DNA of 63,945 bases, the filler included, from Octopus bimaculoides (lineage: Eukaryota): assembly GCF_001194135.2 (NCBI RefSeq). It is 6 parts of 5 records of this genome, joined end to end, with 100 filler letters (N's around TTAATTAATTAA, not from the genome) between each part and the next. Parts side by side here need not be neighbours in the genome. Positions count along the whole stretch, not along the records: positions 37,867 to 51,194 come from NC_068983.1; positions 51,295 to 60,482 come from NC_068993.1; 4 more parts are not named here. One strand, given 5' to 3'. The notes beneath the pieces were generated by a model, which worked only from the letters and a program-made list of their open reading frames with translations, was not told the DNA's origin and did not search any database. The position numbers were made by a program, and so were the translations under genes. The first letter of the stretch is position 1. Every line of letters begins with the position of its first letter. Positions 41,136-54,104 of this stretch are shown in pieces.

Positions 41136-42330
41136 GGCAAATTGACGACCTCAACTTCAGTGGTGTTAGATGTTGACAAATTTATAGAAGAATTTGAACA
41201 GGAACAATCTTTCACATACCTAGGAATAAATGAAAGCTCTGGCATTCAGCATGCAAAAGTGAAAAAGAAGATCAGGAAGGAATGTCACAGGAGAGTTTGA
41301 GCAATCCTGATATCTGAGTTAAATGCACGTAACAAGGTGTTAGCCTTAAATTCTCTAGCACTTCCATTTGTTATTTATATCTTAAATGAGTTGAACTAGA
41401 ATATTAGCGAAATAAAGAAAATTGACATCAACATCCGTAATCTAGTGAGTTGCAATAGAATGCACCACCCAAAGGCAGACACGGATCGTCTTTACCTTCC
41501 CATTGACCAACGAGACCGAGCTTTGATCCTATTTGAAATCTCTAAAAAAATTACCACAATTATACTGACCAAATATCTGGAAATATCTAACATCATGTTA
41601 GAAGTGCGGCAATTGTTGTTGCAAAGAAGGTGAATTCACTCACAAAGAAAAAAGTCTACAAATAAATTGGCGGTTAGGTGGCAAATATGTGTCCGTAGCA
41701 AACATAGTGATATAGATCAGAATGACACCCATCAGCCTTTACGGTGCTTAGGGTTAGAAGCAGAGAGCAAAGGCTTCATTTTAGCTGCTCAGGATCAGAG
41801 CTTATTGATCCGGAAATACTGAACAAATGTGATGAATTACATGGGTTGACCCAAAGTGCCGATACTGCGACGACGTGATTGAAATTTCTGAATGTAACGT
41901 TTTAGGAATTATAGAGTATAAATCAAAACGTGACACTGTTGGCCATTTTCTACACTGGTCAATATGTCGGCATTATAAAACCAAAACTGCTGATAAATGG
42001 AATAAACATCATCCTGAAGCTGTAACTGAGGGAGAAAAATCTAACGATTCTTTGGGACTTTCCAGTACATACAGACTGGACCGTAGAAACTAATAAACCG
42101 GATGTTGTTGTGAAAGACCAAAACAATACAGTCTGTTTATTTATTGACGTGAGCATACCTTGTGATCATAATACCGCTGCCAAAGACTTTGATAAGTTCA
42201 GGAAATATAAAGATTTACTGATTGAAATCGAAAAAAGTGATATCTCATGATGACTACAACACCAGTGATTGTAGGAGCACTTGAAGTGTTCAAAACTATT
42301 TGAGAATGATCCTTGGTTTACCACTCATAT
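41135..42330 (+). mobile_element. Decayed R4/Dong-clade LINE (post-RT region, CCHC, RLE), 5' truncated after (AAT)n
   Basis: FTYLGINE...ILISELNARNKVLALNSLALP; MHHPKADTDRLYLP; GFILAAQDQSL; KCRYC; HWSICRHY; ILWDFPVHTD..VETNKPDVVVKD...FIDVSIPCDHN...KYKDLLIEIEK...PVIVGAL. Confidence 0.92.
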
Positions 42331-42514
42331 AAGAAGTGCAAAAGATTGCTTTTACAGGTTCGGAACACGTATTGAGTGGAGCATTGTCGCAGTGAATTTC
42401 TGTTTCCTTTTTCCCTTGTATTTCCTTTGTTTCCTTTTGTTTTCATTTTCCCTTTTATCCTTTTACTCTCTTTATTTTTTTTTTCTTTCTTTCTTCCTTC
42501 TTTCCTCTTATTTC

Positions 42515-42724
42515 TCATTTCTTTACTGCCCATAAGGGGCTGCACACAGAGGGGAAAAACAAAGACAGACAAACGGATCAAGCCGATTATAACGACCCCA
42601 ATGCGTTACTGGCACTTATTTAATCCACCCCAAAAGGATGAAAGGCAAAGACGACCACGGCGGAATTTGAACTCAGAACGTAGAAGCAGACGAAATAACG
42701 CTAACGTTTCTGCCGGCTCGCCTT
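42515..42724 (-). mobile_element. SINE family A
   Basis: tactgcccataagggg...aaggatgaaaggcaaag...ggaatttgaactcagaacg. Confidence 0.85.
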
Positions 42725-42732
42725 CCTCTTAT

Positions 42733-42811
42733 CTGTAAATGAACAATCTGTTTTTGTAAATGAACAATCTGTTTTGTAAATGAACAATCTGTTTTTGTAA
42801 ATGAACAATCT
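42733..42811. repeat. ~21-22 bp tandem repeat x4
   Basis: tgtaaatgaacaatctgttt(tt) repeated. Confidence 0.9.
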
Positions 42812-43080
42812 GGTGTGCTTTAATGGCCTACCAATGCATATAGTGAAGTACTTTGCCGTAGGTGTCGGGAAGACGTTCGACAAGAAATAGAAACAAAATT
42901 GAAATGATAATAATAATGATAATAATAATCACAGTTCTTTATTTATTGGCCACCAGGGCAGAATAAAAAACCAGATAACGACAATACAAAACAAGGGACA
43001 AACGGGTTTAAACACAAAATCGTTAATCAATGAAATTGTAGTGAAACTACCTACCGCCATTAGATACAAAACTGCTATCG

Positions 43081-43290
43081 CCATTCTTATTTAAATATAA
43101 ATAAATGCGAGCGTAGTAGAGAACCCATTCCTTGTCATCACGTGACTGATTATTATTCGAATCGGCAACTTCTTCGAACCTTTCCCGCCAGAACGCAAAC
43201 TGACCAATCACGGCCCCTAATAAGGTCACGTGATAGAGTAAATTTCTGAAGGCATTTGGAGCCCTCTTAACGCTATATATAGATCAACTC
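43081..43290. promoter_or_regulatory. Promoter-like island: two TCACGTGA E-boxes, CCAAT box, TATA-like run
   Basis: CACGTG at 43139 and 43227, CCAAT at 43204, CTATATATAG at ~43273, locally CpG-rich. Confidence 0.45.
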
Positions 43291-44069
43291 ATACCCCACA
43301 AATTGGTCTCGGTCCAGTTTCTCTCTGAGAAATGTTCCGTGTACCACACGACAGCAGCAGCAGNNNNNNNNNNNNNNNNNNNNNNNNNNNNNNNNNNNNN
43401 NNNNNNNNNNNNNNNNNNNNNNNNNNNNNNNNNNNNNNNNNNNNNNNNNNNNNNNNNNNNNNNNNNNNNNNNNNNNNNNNNNNNNNNNNNNNNNNNNNNN
43501 NNNNNNNNNNNNNNNNNNNNNNNNNNNNNNNNNNNNNNNNNNNNNNNNNNNNNNNNNNNNNNNNNNNNNNNNNNNNNNNNNNNNNNNNNNNNNNNNNNNN
43601 NAGACAAGAGTTCTCAGCCAGCGATGAACATCTGTATAACAAGAATCACGGCCCGGCATCGATGCCACGACATCACAACTAGTGATCAGCTCTGCCACAC
43701 TCAGCCTTTCCTCACTTTCACATACAGAACTTTTCCTATAGTGTACTAACGAACTGGTATAATTGCTCACGTGTTATTGACTCTCTTTCTATCTGCTGTA
43801 AACACTCATACACACATGTATCACTCACATACACACTTTTCTTTGTATGACGGCCTGTCTTTGATTATGTTCTTATATGTCGCATTCACACAGACATACA
43901 TCTTTAACGCCATAATAAATATCTCACAGACATACATCTTTAACGCCATAATAAATATCTATGTTATTCATCTAATACGGTTGTGGTCTTTCATTACTGG
44001 TCATCTATGTTATCGTCGCATAACATATCATGTATATCATCTTCGATATATAATTGTGTGTTCGACCGT

Positions 44070-45695
44070 GTGACGCGTTTAGATAAAAGGAGTCCTCTTT
44101 TTTTCCATTCGTCACCATATCTCCTTTTTGAGTTCGCACGGTCGTCCCTTACAAAATAATAGTAATGTACAAGAAAATTCTGATAACTATGGCCAACCAC
44201 AAGGCAGAGGATACAAGCCTTTCCCTCCTGGCCAAAAGAAAGCGGCAGGGCGTCTCTCACGATAGACATGACAGATAGCGGGATCCGTTCTACATGCGTC
44301 AAGAACTGTTCAACAAAGCTCCACAGGTCTGCAATGTCTGCACACTTAACGAGTGCATGTAGAACGGTTTCATCACCCTGCACACATCTCAGACAGGTCT
44401 AAATGACGGTACCTCCGTGCCTGTAGGGCTTGTCTTGGACCGACAGGGCTCCCCGGTAACACTGCCAAGCCATGTATTTCTGGAAATTGTCCTTAGGCCC
44501 AGGACCGAAAGTCCTCCGGAAATGAACAGTCAATCGATCCCTTCCGATGCCTAGTGCTTCACCGAGAGCGTCGTCGCTCTTGCTGGCCACTATATCCTTA
44601 TAGAACTCTAATGTGGAACTTCCACCGATCGTATTATCTGACTGGAATAGGACTGAGAGCTTGCCGATATTCCAGGTGTTAAACGCCCTTCTCGATCTAC
44701 GCATGCATCAGAAATGTGGTTATGTCAATGAGAGGAGCTGTAGAAAATCCTGTCTGAGAAAAACGGTGATCACACCTGCACACCATTAAGGAATAACTAG
44801 AGATGTCGCATCGTGGGCTCATTTCTATGTATCATTAGCCACGACATGTTCAGTCCTCCACTCAGCGGCTGCTGAAGGCAGATGAATTGCTAACGAGCGG
44901 AACACATCTCTTCCAAAGAAAGTGGAAGAGCAAGCGCATCGGTTTCATCATTCACAAAGCAGTGCGAGAGATCACAATCAGGTGGTAGTAGGCGACAGAA
45001 GCAATGTACGCTTTCGCCACCTCCGCGCGACCCTTCAGGGATAATTTCCTCTGTGCCTATTTCTGAGTGAGACTGGCCGCCCTGATCATCACTTCCCCAC
45101 AGTTCTGGTTTACTTCGAGCTCCAAACCAAACCAGATTCCAAGCAATTTAACTGGACCTTCCGTCCAGCGCTCAACAACGCTGTCGTTCATCGTGGATCC
45201 GCCTTTCCAGCCGACAAGATGCATGCCTGCCAATTTTGCCCAGTAAATCTTTGCTCCTTACAGCAGTGTCGACAACCTCGATTTCCGAGATGTCAAACAC
45301 TATTATGGTCACGTCATCTGCATAAGCTGACACGAACCTACCGCATCCGAGATCGCGATTATGCCCCTCAAAACATACAGCTTTCTCAGCAAAGGTTCGA
45401 GAGCCAGTACGTATAGAAGAGGCGAGAGTGGGCATCTTTGACAGACTGAAGAAGTGATGCTAAACAGTTCTGATAGGTGGCCGTTTACTATGACCAAGAA
45501 CAGATGTCATAGTGCATTGCAGCGATCCAGCTTCTGAAAACAGGACTGAGACTCGTTGTGTCGAGAGGTGTCTCTAAGTATTGGTGGTCGACTTCAAAGG
45601 CTTTCGAATGATCCAAATTGATGAGAGCTCCATCCATGCCAGGGTCCTTAACCACCCTCACTATGATGTAACGCGTGAGGTGGAGGTTGTGACAG
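44070..45695 (-). mobile_element. Decayed Tx1/L1-clade LINE ORF2 (RT through zinc-knuckle)
   Basis: LDHSKAFEVDHQYL; CQRCPLSPLLYVLALEP; SAYADDVTIIV; FRRTFGPGPKDNFQKYMAWQCYRGALSVQDK; ETVLHALVKC. Same family as 37867. Confidence 0.9.
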
Positions 45696-45822
45696 GTTCT
45701 TGGTGTTTCTATTAAGAACTTGGAACAAAATGAATACTAAAATAATGCACCAAACTAGTGTAAATATATGTCTTAAGTCGAGCCGGCCTGGGGCGTTTGA
45801 AAACACGTCCTATATACCCCGC

Positions 45823-45909
<87 letters not shown>

Positions 45910-45920
45910 TAATAATAATA

Positions 45921-46546
45921 AATGCCCGGATGCAGTACCAGGTAATGGCTCTCATGGGTTCTGTTCTTAATTGATTGGAAGTGTTATCAATGCCTGGATG
46001 CAGTACCAGGTAGTGGCTATCATGGCTTCTGATCTTAATTGATTGGAAGTGTTATCATCTACATTGTTTTGTCTTTGTATAAGAGATGGGCTACAATAAA
46101 TATTCTGCTTAATACCACAGATTTTCTTGTCAGCTATTTGACATTAACAGTTGAGCATGTCCCTTGGTGGCTGATGATATGTGCATCTCTGATCATGAGC
46201 AGAAATATTGGGGGAGCATCATAGCCATGTATTGAGAGGAATTCTTTGGGGTTTGAATAATTCACCTTTGGAAACATGGGTGATTTGCTCAACATCCTTA
46301 CAAAAACCTCATTCAAGGTCCTTTTCAGCGGGATTGGAACTTGACAAAGGTCAAACAATTCTAACTGGGCCCCACTTGCGAGGTCATGCGCTGTTTATCT
46401 TCATATGAGATCACCATGTCGCGCACATATGGTTGTGATGCATGTGCCTGGTGTACCCTTATCAGACGGGTAGTCCTGATGGGTATATTGGGCTTCGTAT
46501 ATTTTACCCCAGTGTCACTGTGATGGCATGCACTGCTCTCTCACTC

Positions 46547-46547
<1 letters not shown>
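45921..46547 (+). mobile_element. ~630-bp unclassified repeat embedded in (AAT)n at both ends
   Basis: Starts aatgcccggatgcagtacc and ends ctctctcactc(aat)n. Internal ~68-bp tandem duplication. Homologous to 58142-58684. Strand arbitrary. Confidence 0.75.
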
Positions 46548-46607
<60 letters not shown>

Positions 46608-48429
46608 TGTGCGTGTGTATATATATGTGCGTGTATGTGTGCTAATACTATAAATAAAACGTTCCAAAAGACTAAATTTCACAACACTTACCAATGAATT
46701 TATCAAAAAGCTTAGTTATTCAAGTCATTAAATTGTTCATTACCGAAACCACCGGGGAAGTTATCAATTCTATACGACATATGTAATTATTTCATCGTAC
46801 TGAAAACTGTTTTCTTCGCCCATTAATTCTGTCAAACATGACCAACATTACAAACATATGCAAACCTACAAACGTACATCCGCACAATATGTATATGTAG
46901 AAATGTTAATATCCAACCATCTTGAACAGAACCGGTCGATGTGTTTCGCTTGTGTATGACTTTCAGGTGTTATAAAACTCAGCGTTATGCGGAAGTTGTC
47001 CCCAAAGTACTTTGCTGCGTCTAACTGACAAGCAAGCAAAACACGTACATTGAGAATGTCGATGAGTTACGCAAAGCCACATTAGAATTAAAACATTCGT
47101 ATAGGGTAAAGAAACGTCCATTGATCTAAGATAGTATGTATGCTCAGAGAACCCCTTTTAGTTATCTGTTATGCACACAAGCGTGTTTGCACATGTAGGA
47201 TACCGAGAACAGAAATACCATATTAGTTCATCTAACCTTTTCTTTTCTTATACGAATGTTGCAAAATGCTGTTTGTCATAACTAAATTCTGGTGGTAGCA
47301 ATGCTTCTTAAAGCATTTCTACCATAAAAATTATAACGAATCGTTTGAAAAGGAAAGCAATTATTTGCTGAATTTTATTGAATGTAAGTTAATAAGTTTA
47401 CTGCGTAATAGCAAATAAATTCTGTCGTAACTAAAAACTTTTGAATAACTTTTGTCAAATGTTTATATGGAGTGACACTGAGGTTCTATGTGTAAGAATA
47501 TAGAAACTTGAATATAACGTATTTCTATATTCCCAACGCCAACAGCAAATGAAAAGTACAGTCCTGGAGATACGAATAAATTATGTCTACAAATTTACTA
47601 CATACTTACCTTACTTTATGCGGTTACGACATTCGTAGTTTCTTAGAATCGTGTTTAATTTGTCATTTTGCTTTGCAAAATTGCATTTCATGTATATGTA
47701 ATGATGTCTCATAACTAGATTCTAAAATGCTAAAATGTGTACACTTGTATGAAATAGCCTGTAGAAATTTATTAGTAAATTATGGTCAATAAATATATCT
47801 CCTATGGCTTATGTAATATCTATGACTATACATTTCTTACAACTATAACACTTCGTAACAAGCAATTCTAATATGTGTTTAGTACAACATTGCTTACAAT
47901 AGTATACTTCCTGAAACACTCCCGGGGGGAATTTCAACCATGTTTCGTGGTCTGCTACCACAACAGCCCCTTTATAGGATCCAGTTAGCTCAAGACATCA
48001 TTAGGAGGAACCACGTCTGGTTTCAGCCCCTCCTCCTCTACCGTTTTGACGATGGGTCGGAAATAATCAGGTTTAGAGGTACAATTTGCTGAGGGAGATT
48101 TTCAATGATATAAGTCGAATATTTTGCCAGCTCACGTGATACTGATCTTTTTTTTCTGTCTTGCAGACCGAATATACCTCGTATAAGATTAAAGGAGTCA
48201 TTCATTGTTTTCTGTCTGTGTAGTGCTATATGTCTTTAGTTTTGGCAATTGATATCTCATATTTCAAGTATTTTGTCATTATGTTTTCGGATATGATACA
48301 TCGACAAACACAGATCTCATTATCACATTTAATTTTTCAAATTTCAGTAATACGAGCTTTTATTTTATGATTATTTACATGAAAAACATCAGGTTACAAT
48401 GTATAACCTAAAGTAAAATGTTCACCTGA

Positions 48430-48790
48430 TGCAAGAAGAAGCAATGATACACGGAGATCAACAAAGATGGGACGAATACAATGTAGATCTTTTCTTTTTA
48501 GGAGGGGGAAGGAAAAAAAGTAGGGGTGGGTGTCGAACAAAAGGGATCGGAGGAAGGAAAAAGGAGGGGGGAGTTCGATCAAAAGGGACCGAGAGAAAAA
48601 AAGCGATCAATAGGGATCGTGCATCACAGTAATGTTCTCGTGTAAAAAGAGGGGAGGACAGTATAGGTTTAGCCTACGGAAAAGACCACGGTAACCTTGG
48701 TCAATATTGTCATTNNNNNNNNNNGGGGAGGACAGTATAGGTTTAGCCTACGGAAAAGACCACGGTAACCTTGGTCAATATTGTCATTGC
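48430..48790 (-). mobile_element. Tx1-like LINE 3' UTR remnant (includes an overlap duplication across a 10-N gap)
   Basis: Reverse complement ccaaggttaccgtggtcttttccgtagg resembles 38407-38437 in the UTR of the 37867 element. Confidence 0.55.
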
Positions 48791-49139
48791 AGAAACTATA
48801 ACAGTAAGTGACTCTCTTTTGCCTTTTTGTTTTTTGTCTGGATGATAAAAATTTCATAGTCTGGTTGATTACAAAGACATCTTTACAACTAGTATAAGTA
48901 TTGCTAATTTTGCTTCTTGATGTTTTTTAACAATTTTAGTGATCAGGTTATATAGGTTTTTAATTTTGTTAAGTGTTATGCTATGCTCAGCCCAGTTACC
49001 ATCACTGGAGCACATCGATATAAGNNNNNNNNNNNNNNNNNNNNNNNNNNNNNNNNNNNNNNNNNNNNNNNNNNNNNNNNNNNNNNNNNNNNNNNNNNNN
49101 NNNNNNNNNNNNNNNNNNNNNNNNTGTGTGTGTGTGTGT

Positions 49140-49171
<32 letters not shown>

Positions 49172-49462
49172 TACGTGTGGTGTACATAAATTGAATATTG
49201 AGAACAAAGTTCGCCAGAATTTTGGAAAAGAAAAATCTTTTTATTTCTTCATTATTAATATTAACGCTTTCGTTCCTCTCTCGAACTTGTCAAATGGAAT
49301 TTTGTGAATGTACAAACAACTTGTTCATTTATATAAAACAGATGTTTTTTGGGGGTGGGGGTGTTTAGAAGAGGTCAACATTGTTTTTTTTTATTGGGGT
49401 GAGGTTCCATGACAATGGAGATAGATAGATTGAAAGATAGGTAGATATATAGATAGATAGTC

Positions 49463-49521
<59 letters not shown>

Positions 49522-49694
49522 AGGAGAATTTCCCCATTTTCAACATCCATTTATTCATTTAGTCATTTACCATTGTATTGGAATGGGTTTAAGGATGGTG
49601 ACCTCTTGAAACAAAACAAAGGAAAAGTGTGGTGTGGTCATCACTGAAAATCTCTTTGCTTTCTTTCTAACTTTCTCCCCTTCTTTCTTCTTCC

Positions 49695-50850
49695 GTGCGG
49701 CTTGCACCCTCAAATTCTACCTTCATTATGGGATACTTGGAACAAAAACTTTATGAGGAAGTGGAAAAATTTTCGATCAGGAGTACAAAAAATATATCAT
49801 TAATAATTGGAAACGCTTCCCTCATGATTGATTCATCTACTGGGACAGATCGAATGAAGATTGAAGCATATGAAACAATGTAGTGAATACACTTCACACA
49901 TCCATAAAATTCATGACAATTCTGTTGCAATGAATTAGCATTAATGGATACAGAACTTCACATTCACAACAGATATATTTTACAAAAAAATTGACAGACA
50001 CCAATATTTAAATTTCTACTCTTGCCATCATTCACACATCAAAAGAAACATCCCATGAAACATGGCAAGACGCATCTGTGCTATATTAACGGACCCCAGA
50101 ATACGTGAAATCCGACTCAATGAACTAAAGATTCTCCTCACACTGCAGAAATGAGGGAATTAAAAAGGTGATGAATTTGATCATCACCCAACTACGGACA
50201 CCTAAGGAAAATGTTAATGAAAACACGATTCTGTTCGTTAACACACATAGTCCTGGAATAACCAACATCTTTCCCGCCATAAAATCGAACTTACCTATAC
50301 TCCTGCAAAACCCTAAAAAGAAAACTGATTGAAAAAAAAAACACCTCAGAGAATAGTAGACGCCAACCAAAAATCTTTAAAAAAGCACCTCACAATGGCA
50401 GAATTCAAGTCAGAAAATGAATAAGAAATCTTAGTAAAAGAATGTGGCGATAGGAGATGCGGAACATGCAACAAGAAGAACTTTAAATATTTAGAAAGTG
50501 GTTCCCACATAAAATTAAAGAGTGGATCCCTTTACAAAATAAATGCAGACATGAACTGTAAAACGCAAAACATCATATACCACATTACCTACCCAATCGG
50601 CAAAGATTGCAGTTTGGGCAGTTAATGCAGTATATGGACAGATTGCATTAGCGAAACAAATAATTCCTTCTGCCAACGTGCAGGCAACATATCTGACAAG
50701 AGGTATTACGCAAGATTCCATTAAGTAAGTATCCGGAAAATTCAAAATGTCTCTCTATAACACATGTTCACGGGACGATCCGCGATACTGAGGAGCAATG
50801 GAACTACACTTCATGAGCAATTCTCTCCAAATGTGAATGCGGAGACATTA
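49695..50850 (+). mobile_element. Decayed Penelope-like element (RT plus GIY-YIG endonuclease)
   Basis: LAPSNSTFIMGYLE; WKRFPHD*FIYW (WxRFxDD); NTLHTSIKF; TDIFYK..DRHQYLNFYSCH..HIKRNIP*NMARRIC; NCKTQNIIY.IT. Multiple stops and frameshifts. Confidence 0.85.
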
Positions 50851-51294
50851 CAGCTTCTATTCTAAATATAATTCAAATATCGGAAACGTAACGCTCATCT
50901 CTGTAAATATTCAGGTGTGTATGTGAGGTATTGAGATGTACCGAGCTATGAGTGTTTTTCTGGTTTGTAAGTGTTGTACTAATGTTTCCTAATGCAAATA
51001 CATGAAATTGAAAGCAGCCTGAGTTCGTTTTTCAATAAACAATAAGTATTTCCAGCGGTAATGCAGTACGATCGTTTCATGCAACTCCATTTAAATGAAC
51101 AATGGAATCATTACATAAATATATATATATATACATATATATATACATATATGTATATATATATATATATATATATACATATATGCATATATATNNNNNN
51201 NNNNNNNNNNNNNNNNNNNNNNNNNNNNNNNNNNNNNNTTAATTAATTAANNNNNNNNNNNNNNNNNNNNNNNNNNNNNNNNNNNNNNNNNNNN

Positions 51295-51533
51295 GCGGGT
51301 GGCACATAAAAGACACCATTTCGAGCGTGGCCGTTTTCGTGCGGGTGACACGTAAAAGCACCCACGACACTCTCTGAGTGGTTGGCGTTAGGAAGGGCAT
51401 CCAGCTGTAGAAACTCTGCCAAATCAGACTGGAGCCTGGTGTTGCCATCCGGTTTCACCAGTCCTCAGTCAAATCGTCCAACCCATGCTAGCATGGAAAG
51501 CGGACGTTAAACGATGATGATGATGATGATGAC
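51295..51533 (+). mobile_element. Family D: RTE-type 3' tail or SINE ending in (GAT)n
   Basis: ggttggcgttaggaagggcatccagctgtagaaactctgcc...gcatggaaagcggacgttaaacgatgatgat. Confidence 0.75.
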
Positions 51534-52002
51534 ATCTATTGTCACTAAAATTTCACCCATCTTACATACAGGCACCTATTTTCCCATTCTTTTAATTAAT
51601 CACATCTATAGCTCTTAATTACAATCAAACATAAAATCTTCGTTATCGTTCTTATAAAAATAAGGTAATTCAGTAAATATTATTGTAACTAACCTATTGC
51701 TATTATAGGTCTTCAGAGGATTTCTTTTTAAACAAAGCTTTTCTAGTCATACCAGAAATGTGATATTTTAGCTTATTTTCATAACAATATTTTTCTAATT
51801 ACTTTGTTGTATATTGACATTCTTCATTGTACTTTCTGCCAATATTTCTGTTACCAACTTCCTTACAAAACATATTGAACTAAGTATTTGATGAAGTCAT
51901 TTACTTAGAATAATAAAACCGACAGATTTAGGAGGAGCATGCTGACTTTTTAATGCATGTACATAGCATATACATGTATGTATGTATGTATGTATGTATG
52001 TA

Positions 52003-52176
52003 TCATCATCATCATCATTATCATTTAATGTCCGCTTTCCATGCTAGCATGGGTTGATGGGTTGGACGATTTGACTGAGGACTGGTGAACCAGGTGGCTA
52101 CACCAGGCTCCAATATGATTTGGCAGAGTTTCTACAGCTGGATGCCCTTCCTAACGCCATGCCCTTCCTAACGCCA
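52003..52176 (-). mobile_element. Family D copy, inverted
   Basis: Reverse complement of 51375-51533. Confidence 0.8.
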
Positions 52177-52669
52177 AAATGCTAGTATGTATAAAATTAA
52201 AATATACAGATATTTACAATGTTTTACCAAAAAAGAAATCTATAATTGTCACTAAATACAACTAGGGTGTTACAAACACCTACGTTGCTAGAAATAAGAG
52301 TTGTATGTATGTATGCATGTATGTATGCATGTATGTATGTATGTATTTATGTATGGATGGATGGATGGATGGATGTGTTATGTCCGTATGGATAAATGAA
52401 TACACTGCAGCAATGTAATAACAATATAATCAAAAGAAATGGCAGTAACCACACGGAGGAACGTAACAATCTTTTAAGAACCAACAATCTAACACGCTAA
52501 CTTGAACTTTGAACTTTGAACTCCAACTTTGACCTATCAACACACCAACTACTTCACTTACTCAGACTGCTACTATTTATATGTAGTGGTCCAGTTCATT
52601 CTTGCCAGGGGGTGTTGCACTCTTGCACAAAGTTTCCCCTTTTGAGATTTCGTGTTCCAAAGGAATACT

Positions 52670-52930
52670 CTTTTACTCTTTTACTTGTTTCAGTCATTTG
52701 ACTGCGGCCATGCTGGAGCACCGCCTTTAGTCGAGCAAAACTACCCCGGGACTTATTCTTTGTAAGCCTAGTACTTATTCTATCGGTCTCTTTTTGCCGA
52801 ACCGCTAAGTGACGAGGACATAAACACACAACAGCATCGGTTGTCAAGCAATGCTAGGAGGGCAAACACAAACACATACACATATACGTATATATATATG
52901 ACGGGCTTCTTTCAGTTTCCGTCTACCAAG
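52670..52930 (-). mobile_element. SINE family B, head-truncated
   Basis: gactgcggccatgctggagcacc...gaaccgctaag...gacgggcttctttcagtttccgtctacc. Confidence 0.85.
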
Positions 52931-53188
52931 ATTTCTTGCTAATAGAAAAAGAGCCAGTTTCTAATCTATATTCATGGCTCCTTCATTGGAATTTCTACAT
53001 CAGCAACAAGGTATTTTTGTTTGTATGTATGTATGTATATATGTATGTATGTTTCTATGTATGTATGTATCCATGCATGCATGTATGTATGTACTGTACA
53101 TACGTATGTATGTATAAATGTATGTATGTATGCATGTACATACATGTGCATCACTTTTTAAAATATTAAATATCATTTTCTCTTACAG

Positions 53189-53240
53189 ATGTATCTTCTC
53201 CTAACAGATAACACCGCAGTCACATCATATTCATATAGCG
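53189..53240 (+). CDS. Putative first or near-first coding exon of the PAN + C-type-lectin-like gene (MYLLLTDNTAVTSYSYS)
   Basis: Acceptor tcattttctcttacag| and donor AGCG|GTAAGT. 52 nt ending in phase 1, matching the next exon. An alternative acceptor ctaacag| at 53208 gives a 33-nt phase 1-1 exon. Confidence 0.6.
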
Positions 53241-53279
53241 GTAAGTTTTATACAATATGTGTGTGTGTGTGTGTGTATG

Positions 53280-53340
<61 letters not shown>

Positions 53341-53464
53341 AAACTTACTTGCAAATGGACGCTTGGCATTCGATAATATAATTATTCAAATGATATATAA
53401 ACATATGCATATATCCATACATATATGTACATACCTACATCTACATGTATATATAGATGCATAT

Positions 53465-54025
53465 CTGGGTACAGGACGTCAAAAAAAGAACGGGAACATA
53501 AACTTTTGAACAGAAAGTGATGCTCTGCACCTGGTGGAATTATGAGTTTATTGCAGATGCTCAAACTATTGATGCCAACATGTACTCTGAACAGCTGGAG
53601 TGGATGTGTGCCATTGTGCAGCAGAAAATCCCTGGTGTTGCTTAACAGAAAGTGAGCTCTTATTACTGCAAGACAATGCAAGACTTCACACCACTTGAAC
53701 AAGCTGGAATAAGCTCCAAGAACTTAAGGGAACCGAATTGATGTCACATCCAGCATATAATCTGGACCTAGCTCTCTTGGATTATCACTTGTTCCGATCC
53801 ATGGCTCGCTTCCTGTGCTCATAACGCTTCATCAACCAAAAGGGGGTGGAAGCTTCAGTAAAGGACAAGAACTGGTATCTGTGTGGAATCAACGAACTGG
53901 CAAGAATTTGGCTTTAGATGGTGCAACACAATGGTCTCTACTTTGAATGTTAGTCTGCTTTTGTTGTAAGGTGCCAATTAAAGCAAACAGGTTACCAAAA
54001 TTATTGCAAAACCTTTGACTCAACA
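53465..54025 (+). mobile_element. Mariner transposase C-terminal remnant in an intron of the PAN-CTL gene
   Basis: KVMLCTWWNYE...TIDANMYSEQL...LLQDNARLH...LMSHPAYNLDLALLDYHLFRSM...NGLYFE. Confidence 0.88.
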
Positions 54026-54104
54026 CAATGTATCAAAAGTTATATTACCTTATAAATCCTTCCTTGTTCAGATCCCGTTTAGTTGATCTGACAGAGCTGC
54101 AGAT

